Positions 1 to 14,700 of a DNA stretch of 64,000 bases are shown piece by piece. The DNA lies in contig CM119381.1 in NCBI GenBank assembly GCA_051294905.1, positions 15,190,001 through 15,254,000 on the forward strand, given 5' to 3'. The notes below the pieces were generated by a model, which made no database searches, had not been told where the DNA came from, and was given only the letters and a program-made list of their open reading frames with translations. This DNA comes from Botryllus schlosseri (Eukaryota). The translations under genes and the position numbers were made by a program. How positions within the stretch are numbered: position 1 is the stretch's first letter; the number at the start of each line of letters is the position of its first letter.

Positions 1-3000
1 TGTGAAAAAATCCAATTCAAACCGCGATCCATAACCCTTGAAACGCAGGAGGAGTCTGCCAGAATCACAAGGGACCTGCTTCGTTTCGGGGAAAGGATCG
101 CGCATCTATCCACGGAACTGCGATCGTCCGAGATATTCTCGCGAGAGTGTCCGATCTACACCGCGATGGACAGTATCGACAATTTCATGAAGACATTGAA
201 ACACCTACAGGCCGAGGCACAGGACTTGATTGAATTGCAGGTACCTTACTTTATCAGAGCCCAATGCAGTGATACTCAACGGGTAGAATTTGAAAATGAA
301 TTTTGCGGACCGGTGGAGCTTCAAAATTCACAATTAACCTGAACTAAGTCCAAAGTAGATCAACAATAAGCTCAATATTACGACAGGATGAAGAAAATAA
401 GTTCCAAATTAGAAATCAGTTTAAAATTTGATGTTGCATTTCTCTAATTAATGTACAACGTCCAACCTATTGCATTTTGCAATTGAGAACGTACTATATC
501 TTGTGGACCGGCCACAAAGTTGACATGAACCGTCACCAGATCGCTGACCTAGTGTATACACAGAGAAAGTCAGCTGCAATGAAAAAAATATACTCACATT
601 CGTACACAAGCAGCACATTCGCGTACATAATCTACTGGTTTGTAACAGGAACTTCTCGAGGCGGCCGTCGTGAATTTCTCGTTCTTACCGCAACACCAAA
701 AAGACTTGAAGAATTTGAAGATTACGTGGGAACTCAAGCGTGGCTGCGAAGCCGAGCAGAGGCAATGGAAATCGAAGCATTGGCAGAATATCGACACCAA
801 GCATCTGCAGCAGGCGATAAAGCGGCAGAAAGAATCGATCCAGTCGCTGCCGCAAGAGGTTAAATTGTAGATATAGGATTGCCTAATGTGATCTTGTCAC
901 TGAATGTAGAAAAACCTGCATGTTGAAGACATACTGATAGCATAACAGCCTGTTGATTTAGAATATGTATCTAGTGTTTGGACAACTGACTATAATTCTG
1001 TATAGGAATCGTTTTTGATGACTGGCTACATCTAATGTTTGCCAAATTTGATTATGATTTCGTTTTCAAATTCTTCTTATGACGAGCAGTAGAAACTTAT
1101 ATGCCTTGTAGCAAAATCTGGACATGTTTTTGTCTGCTTTCTAGCATAATGACTTTTATGTGTATGTTCATAATTAGAACTTCTCTTTCAATATATCTAG
1201 CATTTTCAGGCCTTTCGGTTCCAAATGTAGGTCGTTCCCAACTTTAGTTCTCTTAAATTTTAGACGGATCATGGCAATAACCTATGCAGAGACACACACA
1301 CATCTTAATGAAGAAATAGAGCTCAAATTGAATGGGTGGAATAACCATCACATGTATTGAGCCATTTTATTTGTTTCGCCTCACCATTTTGAAATATGTC
1401 CGTGTCTGTGCTCAGGTCCGTGCTTGGGATGTATATCATGGCCTCTTGGAGTCCACCACCATCATTGAGCAATGCCTCCCACTTGTGGAGGATTTGAATC
1501 ATCCGGCCATGAGAACGAGACATTGGAAACAGTTGGTCCGTGTTACCGGTTAGTAGTGTAGTGTATAAACTACATACTGATGTATCGACTAACATTGTCC
1601 CGTACCTTACAGGGGGCTTGCTACAAACTGATACCGACAGTCTCCGAAAGATGATATTGGGTGATTTACTCGAACTGGGACTCCAAAAACATGGGGAAGA
1701 AGTTAAAGCAATTGTACAAAGGGCTATAAAAGGTTAGAGATATCAATATGTTTGATTTATTTTGTGGAGTGTTGTCAAACTCATTTCCAGTATGGTGCGC
1801 ATCAGTAATCAGCCTAACACTATCCTATCTCTGAAAATGATGAAATAAAATTAATTGACGGTCTGTGACATTCCTTGCACAGATTTGACGATTGAAAATT
1901 CATTGAAGACATGCGAAGAAGTATGGCTCGGAAAAGTTTTCGACCTGCAACCACACACTGGTGGAATGTTCCGCGCGCAAAGTGCAGAGTTAGAAGCCGG
2001 CAGCGAAATAACGGGCAGCGACATGATGCCTCATGCTGTACTGCAACAGCCGCACGAAGCCACCAGGTACCCGTACATTTTCAGAATCAGATTAGGTCGA
2101 TATTTCAAATCGAACATGACATAGATCATGACTCACGCAGAGAAAAAGAGAGAGTTTATTTCAGTATTGATTCAAATAAGATACAAAATAATATGAATAC
2201 ATAAATTAGGGCATCAGTGGAACCCAGAGATAAGACAATCCAAATCCAGCCAGCTGATTACCTCTTGCGAAACGGCGGGACAGTTCTCAAAGCTTGATAC
2301 TGCTATTAGGCCTGCTTTTGTCTGGTATGCCAACCTTTGTTCAAATTATACCAGGACCCTCATATTACATGCAATTCAGAAATTTTGAAACAGCGTTACA
2401 CAAGTGTTAAAAAAAGTGTGAGAAACAGTTGAGTGCTACCTAAAATTAATAAGTGAGTCATTCGGACAGGCCATGCGTTGAAATTTGTGAACATAAATAT
2501 AAAACTGTTTCCAGTAATGAGTTGGCTTGAATCTGAATGGGTCCTGGAGATTACGGTAACTTATCGAATCTAACGACTATCAATACTTCCTGATGTGCCC
2601 CGGACCATATTTTCTTTGACTTGGTGTTCCATTTGATCGCAATCCTGTGGTGTTTTGACATAATAAAGTTATTAATTCAACTGAGCTTAACTAAAGCAAG
2701 AAAATGGAACAAAAATTTGTTCTGTCGTCATCATAAACATTCAATTATCTCTAGGACAACCGGCGGGACACGTACCAAAAGCATGAAAAGCGGGCCGCAC
2801 AGCAAGTCTTCGGACAAGACCGGACCAGGATCTGTGTCTCGTGGTAGAGGTGGTGGCAGGACATCTGTTTTGTCTCTGCCCATCAGCCTGGTCAATCTAG
2901 TCGACGACCCGAGTCCTATCTGTCTCCTGAAAAATGTGGAAAAGATATTCTCCGGACTGCAACATCACCAAGTCAGACTTGACACTGCCGATGACCTTCA

Positions 3001-6000
3001 GCATTTGCTAACGTATTCTCTATTCACGTACAGATGGAGTTGTACAGAATGCAAAGCAACAGCGCCATCGGATCGTTCTTGGATGAAGTCACAAAATGGC
3101 AGAAGAAACTTCAATTGATCGAAGCCGTTTTGGAAGTTTGGATGAGGGTGCAGGAAAAATGGGTGCAACTCGACGATATATACTCAGGTTTTTAGCGAAT
3201 GTCGATTTTTGTAGCTTGGGTTGTGTGCGATATGTGAATTTTCTAATTTAGGAGCGGATGTCCGTACGGCTTTAGCTCATGAGGCTAATATGTTTGCCGT
3301 TATTAGCAAAGAATTCAGACTGATAATGAGAGCCACGGAAAAGAACACCAACGTCTTGCAAAGCTGCTCGAGAAAAGGTGCTTCATATATATTTTTAGAC
3401 ATACTTTACGTCTGCTTTACTGCAATTTTCTGTGTCAACCATGATTTCAAGGTAGTCAATGATATTGCTTTCATACTCTCAATCTTAATTGATATGTAAT
3501 GTGACAGGACTATTTTTTCCATCTGACGACAGCAGTATATTAGACATTAAAAAAAATCAATATTCCAGAGTGACTCGGGATATATTGTTTTGGCAGACGA
3601 ATCCATGTTTATTCTGGTCATCACACTAAAAAAATTTGAGCTATTACCGTCACCCTGAAATTTTGACTTTCATTGTTCCGACGATTTTTTACTGTTTGTC
3701 ACATGACTTCCGGAATTAAACACTCAACCCATCCCACCATCTCATAAATTCGGTCGAATATAACAAATAATAATAATATTATCACTGATTTTTAACTTAT
3801 CTTTGTAAATAAATCGCTATTTCAGGGCTGCTTCCGTTGCTGGAGAAGATGGACATAAAAATGGATCAATGCAGACACGCCCTGCTTGGAAACTTGGAGA
3901 GACGCCGTCAACGATTTCCGCGCTTCTACTTCCTTTCACCGGATGACGTCATGAACATCGTTTGCTATGGCTACGATCTCAACGCCGTCAATAAGTACGT
4001 ACCAATGAATAATAATCGACAATAGCATGCTTGACCATCTATCCTAAACGCAGATACTTGTACAAAATCTTTCCGAACCTGGGAAAGTTGGATTTCGAAG
4101 AGCGGGAGGTTGTGATCGACACGTCACCCAACAAATTAAAACCACCCAGTCCTCACTTGACGAAGCCGGCACCGGAAAAGGCAAATTTCATGGTGAACGG
4201 AGCGGTCAGTTTGGCCGGGGAGAAGCTGGAGTTATCCAAGCCGTTGCCTTATCAAGGGCCAATGTCGCAATGGCTACCGAGGCTGATCCAATCGCTCAAA
4301 TGCTCGCTGCAGGTGCGTTGAGATATTATCGTTTCCGAAAACAAATTAGACAAGGTTTCCATCAATAAATTGCTTACTGATCGGCTGTTTATGATCGAAG
4401 AAGTACTCGAGACTACCCTTAAAAAAGAGATTTAGGTTAAACTTTTGTATAGTGATTTGCCCAGTCCGAGTGTCACCTGTTCAGAGCGTTTTTGGTAAGC
4501 TAACGACTAGAAAAAAGGATCATTACGACCTCATTGCCGATAATAATGACAAAATTTTCCTTACAAAATAAGGAAACAAGTCAAAATAAGGATGAGATAA
4601 TTATATTACATTATACATTTCCCATCAAAATAAGGACAAATCTGATCTGATAAACCTCTGAAACTTAGGAATGTGTCACCGCTGTTGGATAGAACCACAG
4701 ACCTTAGCGTTGATGGCACCACCGAAATCGAATCATTACAATTGATTCTCGTTTATAACGAAAATAATAATCAAACACTTCTGTCACCAGTCTTGCCTCC
4801 ATGAATTAGTCTCGGCGCCACATCGATATTTTCGTAGCGGTTAACACCAGAATTCTTATTTCAGGAGCAATTACATGTAGCTCTCGGATTTGAGCCGCGT
4901 CCGGCTCTGGTAGAGATGGACGTTCGCAGTGCAGGTGCTTCAAAAGTAAGAGTAAGCCGTCCGTCAAGCGCCACGTCGCGTCATTCCGGATCGAACAAAA
5001 GTGTGAAGCCGTCTGAACTCGCTCGCAAGCTGAACAGCGTCAAAGAAAGGGTACTAACGCTTTAAATCAGTGGTTCCTAAAGTGGGTGATGTTGCGTTCA
5101 TGGGTGTAAAAATATGTGTGTACCAGGGGTGGTTTAGGACACGAAAATGCTGGAACCTTCAGTAAATTATATGTAATCAATATAATAATTAATTATATAA
5201 GTATTATGTAACTACATAAGGAGTTAGTAATACCACTTTTTAAATTGAACTCAAATTCCATGATAGACCTTGTGAACTGAAACTCTATTGAGGAAGGTTG
5301 ACATATATTGAACGGATTGTGCAAAATACAGCAAATAAAGTAGGTCATGAAGATAGGTTTTAAAATGGTGGTCGTCTGCTGTCAGGGAAAACAAACCGAT
5401 ACAAAGGATAAATGGAACTTAACAACTAACGACCACACGTACGTAACATAACTATAAACATACTGTCAGTTGAACTAAAAATGGAGGTGACGCCCAATGA
5501 GCACCTGTAAAGGATGAGTCACATGATTCATTATCGTTATATGATTACTATTGCACATTACTGCAGTAACATAATATAATATATAATTAACCGTTTGGTC
5601 CCTCGCTAAGATGATGGAAAAGTGGTTGGACTCATCCCAGCCTACGAAATGTGAATGAGTTGAAATCCGGGAAATCTGCGTCAATTGTATTTGATTATGA
5701 ATTCTCTCAACTTTGTGGCAACTTGGTGATTCAAGTGCATGCAAAAACTTCTTCAAATGACAATATTCAATTTACAAAAATGGTTACTTCAGCATCGAAA
5801 ACTGTCGAAGTAGAAATAGCATGCAAATAAAAAACGCTGGACAAAGTAGGAAAACCTGCTTAATCACTACATAAAATTAGAGTACTTAGACTGATTCTTA
5901 TTGTTGTGAACCCAATTCTGATACATCACTGCTCTTTTTTACAGCCTTCGGAGGTGGCAAATCAGCTTATCGAGAAACTGAGCAGCGTGGTGTCGCCAGA

Positions 6001-8768
6001 AGAAATCAAATGGACGGTGGATAACTGCACTCAAGTCGCGTTGCTGGCGACCTCGATCAAGGTAAGAAGCAAAGTTGTCACATCGACTCTGCAACCTGCT
6101 GCCGACTCAAATTCAAATTCGAATTTTAGATGTCGCAAGATATCGCGAAGGCTGTCGAGTCGCAAGATCAGTTGGACTCCGTGAAAAGCTTGCTGGAGAA
6201 AATCTTGGTCAATCTGGACGGAGCCGTGATTATGCTGAAGGTAGAATCCTGGTTCGACTTTCGTTTCGAGAATTGCTCCGTACGGAACAAAAATGAAGTC
6301 TGAACTATATTACGAATTTGAATTATAGGGTTTGGGCGAATTTCAAGAGAAGGACTCTTAAAACTAATCAACCTATTTGATCATACATCATCATTTACAA
6401 CATTCAATCAAGTAAAATACAACTTTCGACTGCATATTTATTGAAATAGGGTTTGGGCGACGAACGAATGACAAGAATTAAAAGCGCTCAGGACAAGGTC
6501 GCAGAAGCAAAACAAAAGATTTCTGCGATGCAGGGAGCTAACAAAGACATGTCGGATTCTGACTCGAGAGGGGCACCATCTACCAGGTACGCAATAGCCT
6601 TTGTGAACGTTCTGTCGTTTTGTGATCGTCTAAACTGGGGTTTTGACAAATTTTAGATCGCTACTAGAAGACGAAACTGACATGGGCGATAATATGTCTG
6701 TTGATGAAGGCATGGGGGGTGAAGCGGGTATGTTCAGCTTTTCTTTGTGTGAACAAACATTCCACGGTATCAATTTCAAAATGTTTTATTCACCACAGTG
6801 ATTATACTTGTGCACGTTATTGAGATAGGCAGAATTACGATTTTAGATTCAAACTGGACGTTAATCTGGCAATTTTTTCCGAAATAGAATGGATTTGGAT
6901 TTTTTGCCGAAATGACACATGAAAGCGACTATTTGTTTGTTTCCTTCAGTGTTTTAAATGTACTTGGACTCGACGGGCTTCACCATTATACCATAACTAA
7001 GCATAGTATCAATATTAACAAACTTCAATGGATTGCCGAGATGTAGGCCTAATTATAAAATTATCAATGACAGAGAATTTTTTACATTTGATGCGCAAAC
7101 AGGGTCCGAATTGTATGGAGATTCCATTTTAACAAACATGGTTGGACCCATGCATCTGTAATAGATGACCTCACGCTTTTAATATGTGTAAAGTTATTTG
7201 TATGCTTTTCTTGTTTACAGCTCCCATCAACACGATGCAAAGTCTGCTTTTCACAGAGCAGATTCAATCAAGCGGAAAAGCGATTCGAAGGGATACTCTT
7301 GATGTTGATTTGAAAGAAATAATGCCGCAAGTGAGTTCGAACTTTATAACATTCCTCGTACGATTCTGTATTGGAGTGTATTGATATTGATATTGTTACC
7401 AGCACAGTATTTTTAATCAAACCAACTTTGACTGAAAATTGTTTGAACGGTTGGATATCAAGTAGGGTTAAGATTAAATGGCCTGCCGCATATGCAATAA
7501 AACCAACCATCGTATATTTATGCCAGCACATATAAATCAAAAATTTGATTGAAGGAAAACGCCGAACAGCCAGTGATTGTCGCAGATGCGAAGCACGTTT
7601 TGCTCCCGTCTCAAATGCAGAAAATCGCAAATCTCATCATCATCCTGGCACAGCATCGAGACTTCTGCAATCTTCTCATTGAGAAGAAAGGCGCCCTTGA
7701 TCAGGTAACGGTGCAGCCATTCATTTTTATATTTCTCTTTTTCAGAAAAGTATGTGACCTATTTGTAGGGACTGTGATTCCCGTCGATATTTGTCCATTC
7801 ATTTCTTCTGTTGCAATATGCAATGTTTTGTATATAGTAACTACTCAATACTAGGGCTGGGCACAATGATTCGAGTACTTGAATCTGAATCGAGTATTAA
7901 TTGTAATGATTCGAGGCGAGTAGTAAAAGATGAGTTCTTCGAGTACTGAAATTATGCGCTCCTCATCAATAAAAGTTAATTTACTATCGAGAATTATAGT
8001 CTTGATACCATTTTCCACTGAGGCAGCCTTGAAACCTTTATTGGCCGTGTCGCAGCCTACGAGACATAGTACAAAGCTACGAACGTTACTGGAAATAACA
8101 CATTTTCAAAGTCATCATCATCCCACAACATTGTCAACAAGAGCAATGAAATCGGTATGGTCGAAAAATACCAAAGTATCTTTAATGTGACGTATAACAG
8201 GCATTATATTCTTTGTGGTGGGATAAAAGGTACATTTTTAAGCTTTGACATATTATATTCGGTTGTGACGTCATAATGTATGATACTCGAATACTCGACT
8301 CGACTCGAAGCGTTTTACGTGATTCAGAATCGAATCACTCAAGTACTCGGGTTTGCCCAGCCCTACTCAATACTCATGCATGTTACACGCTTCTTTCATG
8401 TAAACTTTGGTTCCCCTAAATAAAAGTGTGTTATATGTTGGATCAATTAATGTAAGATAATGTGGTTTGTTGATTCAAGCTGAGTTTAAATTCAAGACAA
8501 AATCCATATTGCCTATATTATATATATACATGCATAACTATTACATGTAAAAAAACGAATATTTCACGGTATTTCACTTGCAAGTGCATCAAATTGCTAC
8601 ACAGAGACAGATTTGGGTGTTCCGTAATTTTATCGCACTCACTCTTTAGTCCTTCGACTACATGGCAAACATCAAGCATCACTACAACGAAGGCATGATG
8701 GAGGTGTCTGCTCGTGTGATGGATTGGGAGTTTGAATACGGATTTGAATACCAAGGCTCTTGCAAAAG
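1..8768 (+). CDS. Dynein exons 1-18: end of tail and linker (DHC_N2-like) region
   Basis: Exons 1-240, 649-858, 1416-1548, 1613-1732, 1883-2066, 2755-2971, 3034-3187, 3252-3377, 3826-3994, 4054-4312, 4865-5050, 5945-6061, 6130-6240, 6450-6586, 6657-6727, 7221-7330, 7555-7704, 8650-8768. Motifs: LPLVEDLNHPAMRTRHWKQL, WQKKLQLIEAVLEVWMRVQEKWVQLDDIY, RFPRFYFLS, EFEYGFEYQG. Confidence 0.9.
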
Positions 8769-11700
8769 GTGAGGCAGTTATTTTCTCTGTAAGGTGTAAA
8801 AAGTGCATTCATTGGAGTCTATTTCACAGCAAGTATATATCCGACCTGCTAAATTATCTGTACGCTGACTTTTTTAACTGATTTAGTATGTGCTGGGGTG
8901 CCAGTTTGAGTCTGAGAACTTCTGGTTTTTATGCAACTCTTAATTCAAATCACTGGCTTGGAATTCAACATTACACAACAATTACAAATTGGCAGTGAAT
9001 ATAGCACAAAAGCGAATCACTAATTTCATCACCGTGAAAACACAGGGAAGCAGTTACAGTAACTTTGCGAAGTCTTATCAATCGCATCTCATTTACCAGA
9101 GTCGAGGTTCCGGCAGTTGAGAACCTAACGAATCCTCGTTACAGTTTATAAATTCCCAAATTCACCTCCTGTTTTCTAGTCAATTTTGGATCTGCGAAAG
9201 ATTTGTACTAATTTCCGTCCATTTTTACTCTCTCAGATTCGTGATAACGCCAAGTTGCGACAGGACGATTCTGTCCATGTGCCACGCCCTCCACACCAAG
9301 TCTGGTGTCATGCTGTCGCAGAATTCGCTTCTCGACGCGAGCACTACACGTTCCGAAATGGTGTCCGAACTGGCGACACAATTTGGCAGACCATTTTACA
9401 CGGTGGTTGGCACAAGTTTTGTGGACCACTTTATGCTAGGTGAGTTTTCGAGAGATTCATGCAGAGATGCAGATATACAATTGAAATGAACCCGAACTTG
9501 TCAGGACTCTACACTGACATGAAAATTTGTCAAAATTTCATACCACTGACATCATGTTTGGTGATATGGTTGTTGATATAAAATGTTCTTACCAATTCTC
9601 TACTAGTTGTTGACGAAAGTCACCCAAGAATATTCGGGTTTATTTCAATTGTCTATTGAAGTTCTCTACCTCCAAGAAGGGATCAATTTACGATTCACAA
9701 TTTCAGGGGACTTGTTCAAAGGCCTGGCAGAGACCGGCTGTTGGCTTTTTATGGAAAATATCAACAATCTCTCACCGGGAGTGTTATCGGTTGCCGCTCA
9801 GCTGATCGGGAAGGTTTTGGACGCATTACGGTCTGGTCTGACATCGTTAGAATTACAGAACGACGACGTGGCTATCGTGTCGTCTGCTGCGTTCTTTGCG
9901 ACTCTACACAAAAATCAAGAAGACTGTCCGGAAAAGATATTTCTGCCGGTACCGACGACCGTAGGGAGATTGCCGGAATCTTTCTTGAAAAAATTCAGGT
10001 ACTATGACTCGGTGTGGTGGTTAGGGCCAGAAGAATGTTGGTTTTTAAAACTAACACTAATAAAATATTATTTGTGCAATATTCCGTGCTACATTTGATT
10101 TCCCGAGAATAGGGTGCATCTAACAGAGGTAGTCAGTAACGAAGTACCGAAACTATTTTGATGTACTCAAATAGGTTTTTCCTCCTTGCACTATTTGCTT
10201 GCACTACTACAGTTTTGTCCAAATCCAAATCGTTATAAAAACCACATAAAATCAGCGTCACAGTAACTGCTGAACATATTTTAATAATTCTACCTATTTG
10301 TAGTGTCATCAATCATTCTGTGGTACCAGTCTTTGGCCCTAGGTGGGTGAATGACGCATTTGTCCTAGCCGAGACCAAGCCGGTTTGTTTGGTGATCGTG
10401 TCGTGCGGTGCTACTACCTGGCTTTAATACCCAATTCCACAACTCTGAAAAGGGAAAACAGGGATGAATAAACCTCTCTTTTTGTCATTTTCCAGGATTG
10501 TGAACGGAGTTCCACCCAATCACATCCAAGTTCTTCAAATCCAACTTCTGGCTCAAGGCTTCACGCAAGCTAGCGATATCGCTCGAAAAATACGCACACT
10601 CCTCGATTTGGTACAAGGACTGTTCACATGGGAAGCCGGTAACGTTTCGAAGCAATCCAACGCGGACCCGCACGGAGCAATTTCCATGCAGAGTATCGAG
10701 CAGATCATCTCCTCGGCCGGAACAGAATTGGACGAACTGATTCACGTCGAGGCGGAGAAGAAAAAGGCGCAAAAGGAATTGATGGCGAATAAGGTGATTT
10801 GAGCGATTCGCATCAAAGTGGTAGTTGATTTTTCATTGATATATTTCCACCGTAATACGACGCATAGTACCCCTACGGTTCTTAGCCACAACATTTGACC
10901 CATATGTGCGTTACCAGGCGTTTTCTTGACGCCACAAGTTTTATCATAAATGGGGGAATATATTCGAATTCATTTTTGTTGTCTCTTTTAGGAAATATTT
11001 GGCATTGATAAGTGAGTGCTCTGAAAAAGTAGTAGCACTTCTGATTACCAGACATGCACTGATATCGTCCAACATTTACCGACTGAGAATCACTATGCCG
11101 CATCAATTCGGTGTTGGCGACTTCAATCCAGCGATTTTGAAACAGCTACTGTCTTATACATCCACATTTGGTATCTTATGACCAAACCTTTTTATTTGTT
11201 GACTTGTACCATTCATATTCAGACCAAGAAATTTGCCGAACTCTGGAAGTACAGCTCGCTGTCCGAAGGCTCGCGATCGAAGCTGCTGGCAGACAGCAGC
11301 GAAATGAATCCGGCCGAATCTTCTGAAGAAAATGTGAATCAGTCCGCACCAGAAAATGAGTAAGTATTGTTTTCTGTCGATAATTACATTTAGTCTGATT
11401 ATTTGGACTGCGGTTCTATTATTTTTATCCGCTTGAGACCACAATATACAATGCGATACACCAGATAAATGTAATGAACAGATAGGAGGATGTTGTAACA
11501 ACCGAGTGTTTTCTATTGATCTAACATCCACCTTGGTCTATTGGAACTACTAGTATTAATTCCCGTAACAGTGTTCGATCTTGATCTTTTGGCTGTCTTT
11601 CTACAAATGCTTTCGTCGCTCTTTGCATTTTTTTTTCTTGCACAATGTAGACTATATCAGGCTAAATACGGATGAATATCTTAAAATGAGAGGCATTTGC

Positions 11701-14700
11701 TCAAAATAGAATAATACAAGATCATGAACAATAAAATATCAACAGTGATACACAATAGGCTAAAATTGTGATAAATTTCAGTTTAGTCAGGCAATCACGT
11801 CCCAGGAATAACATAAATCCGTTACATCAAGGAATGAACCACTTCCAACACAGTATCTGGTGCATGTGTACATCGAGCATTGCACCTAACAGGATTTTCC
11901 AAAAATGCCGGACAGTGGAGTTGAAAAATAGCAACAGCTTGTCGGCAATGCTACGACTGATCGCTATTTATATTTGCACCCTTTTCCTACTTTTGACGGC
12001 GTGTTGCCCACTTTGGTCTTGAAATAGAAGTAATAGGTAATGCTGGTGATCGGTACTTTGTCATAAGAAACCTGTGACTGGTGGTATGAAACTTGAATGT
12101 TGCCTTCAGGACTACATTCATTGCAGTATAATTTATTTGACTCGAAGTGTTAACGGCACAATAACAAACATATATCCTATAAGAGCTTGTTGGAGGTACA
12201 TTTCTTCAATATGCAATTGAATAACATATTCATATTGAAATGAACCTGAATATTTTCGGCTGACACACGTCAGGGGTAATTGTCAGCAACTAGTAGAGAA
12301 TTGGCAAATAAACAATTAAACATCGTATATCAACATTCATATCACCAAATATGACGTCACCAGATGAAATTTTGAAAAATTGGGTCTAAGAGATCTGGTG
12401 TATTTATAAAAATATAAACCGACATTTAAATGTGAATCATTATGACAAATTATGACGTGACAAATGACAGTATAATTTTAAATATAACACGTCTGAATCA
12501 AATTATACAATTTCCAATACACAAGAAAACATTAGACAGACATATAGCAGTATGCAATAATGAAGTATGCATATTAATAGTTTTAGGAATGTGAAGGAAC
12601 TCCTCTTGCTAGCATAAATCTGGAATCTGTATGTAATCCTAGCTCTCTGTCGCCCCGATTCAAAACCATCAATGCCATCTTGCAATTTTAGTTACATTTC
12701 CCTGGTTAATGAGCTTCCCTGCTGCTTTCAGTCAATCCGGTTTGGAAGAAGACATGGAGACGATGAAAAAGTTCGAAGAGGAAGTGGTGGTGTCGGCCAT
12801 TTGGAAATACGCCAACCCCAGACTGCTTCGGAGCAGTGATCGGAACACGTTCATCACTCTGGTGCAAGACGTGTTCCCGAATGCGGAAGTGAATTTCGGG
12901 GAGGAAAATGAGGAGGAGCACGTCGTTGATCGATGGGTTCCGGAAGACAATACAGAGGTGAGAAGTTGTGTGAACCAGGATTGTAATGACTTGACTTGAT
13001 ACGAGTTATTCTCTTAAAATGTAAAATGACTCGGCTGGTTAGTACTCTCGTATTTCTGTGAAATATATATGCATTATACACATTCGAATTTGCCATTGGT
13101 TCAATAAAGCTAGTACGTCGTGGGGACAGTAAACAACCAAATCAGTGTGGACTTGTTGTTGACATGCGTGACACCCAGTCAATTGGGAAAATTACGCATG
13201 AGAGGACGCACACAAATCCTTTCGGCCTGCGTTATAACGTAGCATCAATACCTCAAATTGCTGCGTGGTTGACATTTTTGATGCAAAACCCTTCATCTTC
13301 AAAGCCGAGATTGTCACATCCCGCTAAAACTTCCGTGGGTAAACTATCTGCATTCACCACGACTTGGATGGTCGAGCCACAAGAAAAAAATCTGACTAAT
13401 CCGACATATTTCTCCACAAATCCAGGTGTCGATACCAATCCACCCCGCCACGACTGAGTTCCCACAGCCTAAGCAGAACTTGAACGAAATCACGGACGAA
13501 AAGGAACGTGCGATCAGCAACGCCATGTCTGACATGAAGCTTTGTCATTCCGCCGCGTTCATGTCGTGCGTCACGCAACTGTTTGACGTAAGGGATGATT
13601 AAAAGATTGCATAGGCCTGCATTTTTCTGTCACTTTGTTTTGAATTTCAGATCTTTTTCTACACGAAAGGGATAATAGTGACAGGTAGATCGGGTTCTGG
13701 AAAATCGACTTGCGTCGACGTGTTTATGGAGGCGCAGAAAAAGCTAGGAAATGAAGCTATCTATGAGAAGGTGACAGCCCTTGAAACTAAAACTAGCAGT
13801 GGTCAAAGTAGTTGGTGTTGCTAACTGCTAGTCACACCGTAAATTTCCGCTTAACTTCAGGTAGAAGTAGCGATTTACAAGATACCGTAATGTTCTATGT
13901 ATTATACGTCCTCCTGTATACTACGCACCCTGAAAATGGCATGTAGATTCTTGGAAAAAGCATGTACCCATGTAAAGTACGCACCCTGCACGAGCAGTAC
14001 ATGTATAGTACATGCGTAAATGCCATACAAGCTTCTCCTGTTGATAAGTTACCAGCGATGGTTATATTTTAGTATTAGCCGAAACCGACTACGCACGTTG
14101 AAGTCTGCTCGTTGTGATTCGATGTCATTCTGTTTTACGTTGTCACTGTTGAACCATGATGACGTAACGATCGCTAATCATACACTTAACGACATTGTCT
14201 CTAAACGATGGAGAGATAGGAGCCAAAGCATGCGAGGCGCAAGTCGCGAAAGTTCAGGCCAGCGACGATATCTTGCTCATCAGGCCTATTGTAGATGCGA
14301 TTGTTCAAGCCTGTTACAGATGCGACTGTTTAGGCCAGCGATGATATATTGCGCACCTGGCCTGTTGTAGATACGATTATTCAGACCTGTTGTTGACGTG
14401 ATAAATCAGGCAAGCGAGGATTGCGCGCGCGCACATCAATCAATGTTACTCTGATAGAAATATTTCACTTTGTTCTTATGCCTGCAAAATTGTTCAAGTA
14501 GTGTCTTAGCTAGGTTGGTTTAAGTCATGGTAAGCAGATATTTTCCTGAATCAGATCATTTGAAGCGAGTCATGCCGTGAAATTAGATGATCACAGGCTT
14601 CTATCATTATACTTCCAATGCCGTAAAACTACCACACAGTCTCGATGGACACCTTCTTTTGTTCCAGATTTTTGTCAACGCCCTCGATTCGCCGAATCAA

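Noticed and set aside
477-863. 128-aa + strand ORF and many similar 60-130 aa ORFs overlapping exons on either strand
   Set aside because: These are off-frame or antisense shadows of dynein exons. The in-phase frame gives dynein sequence.
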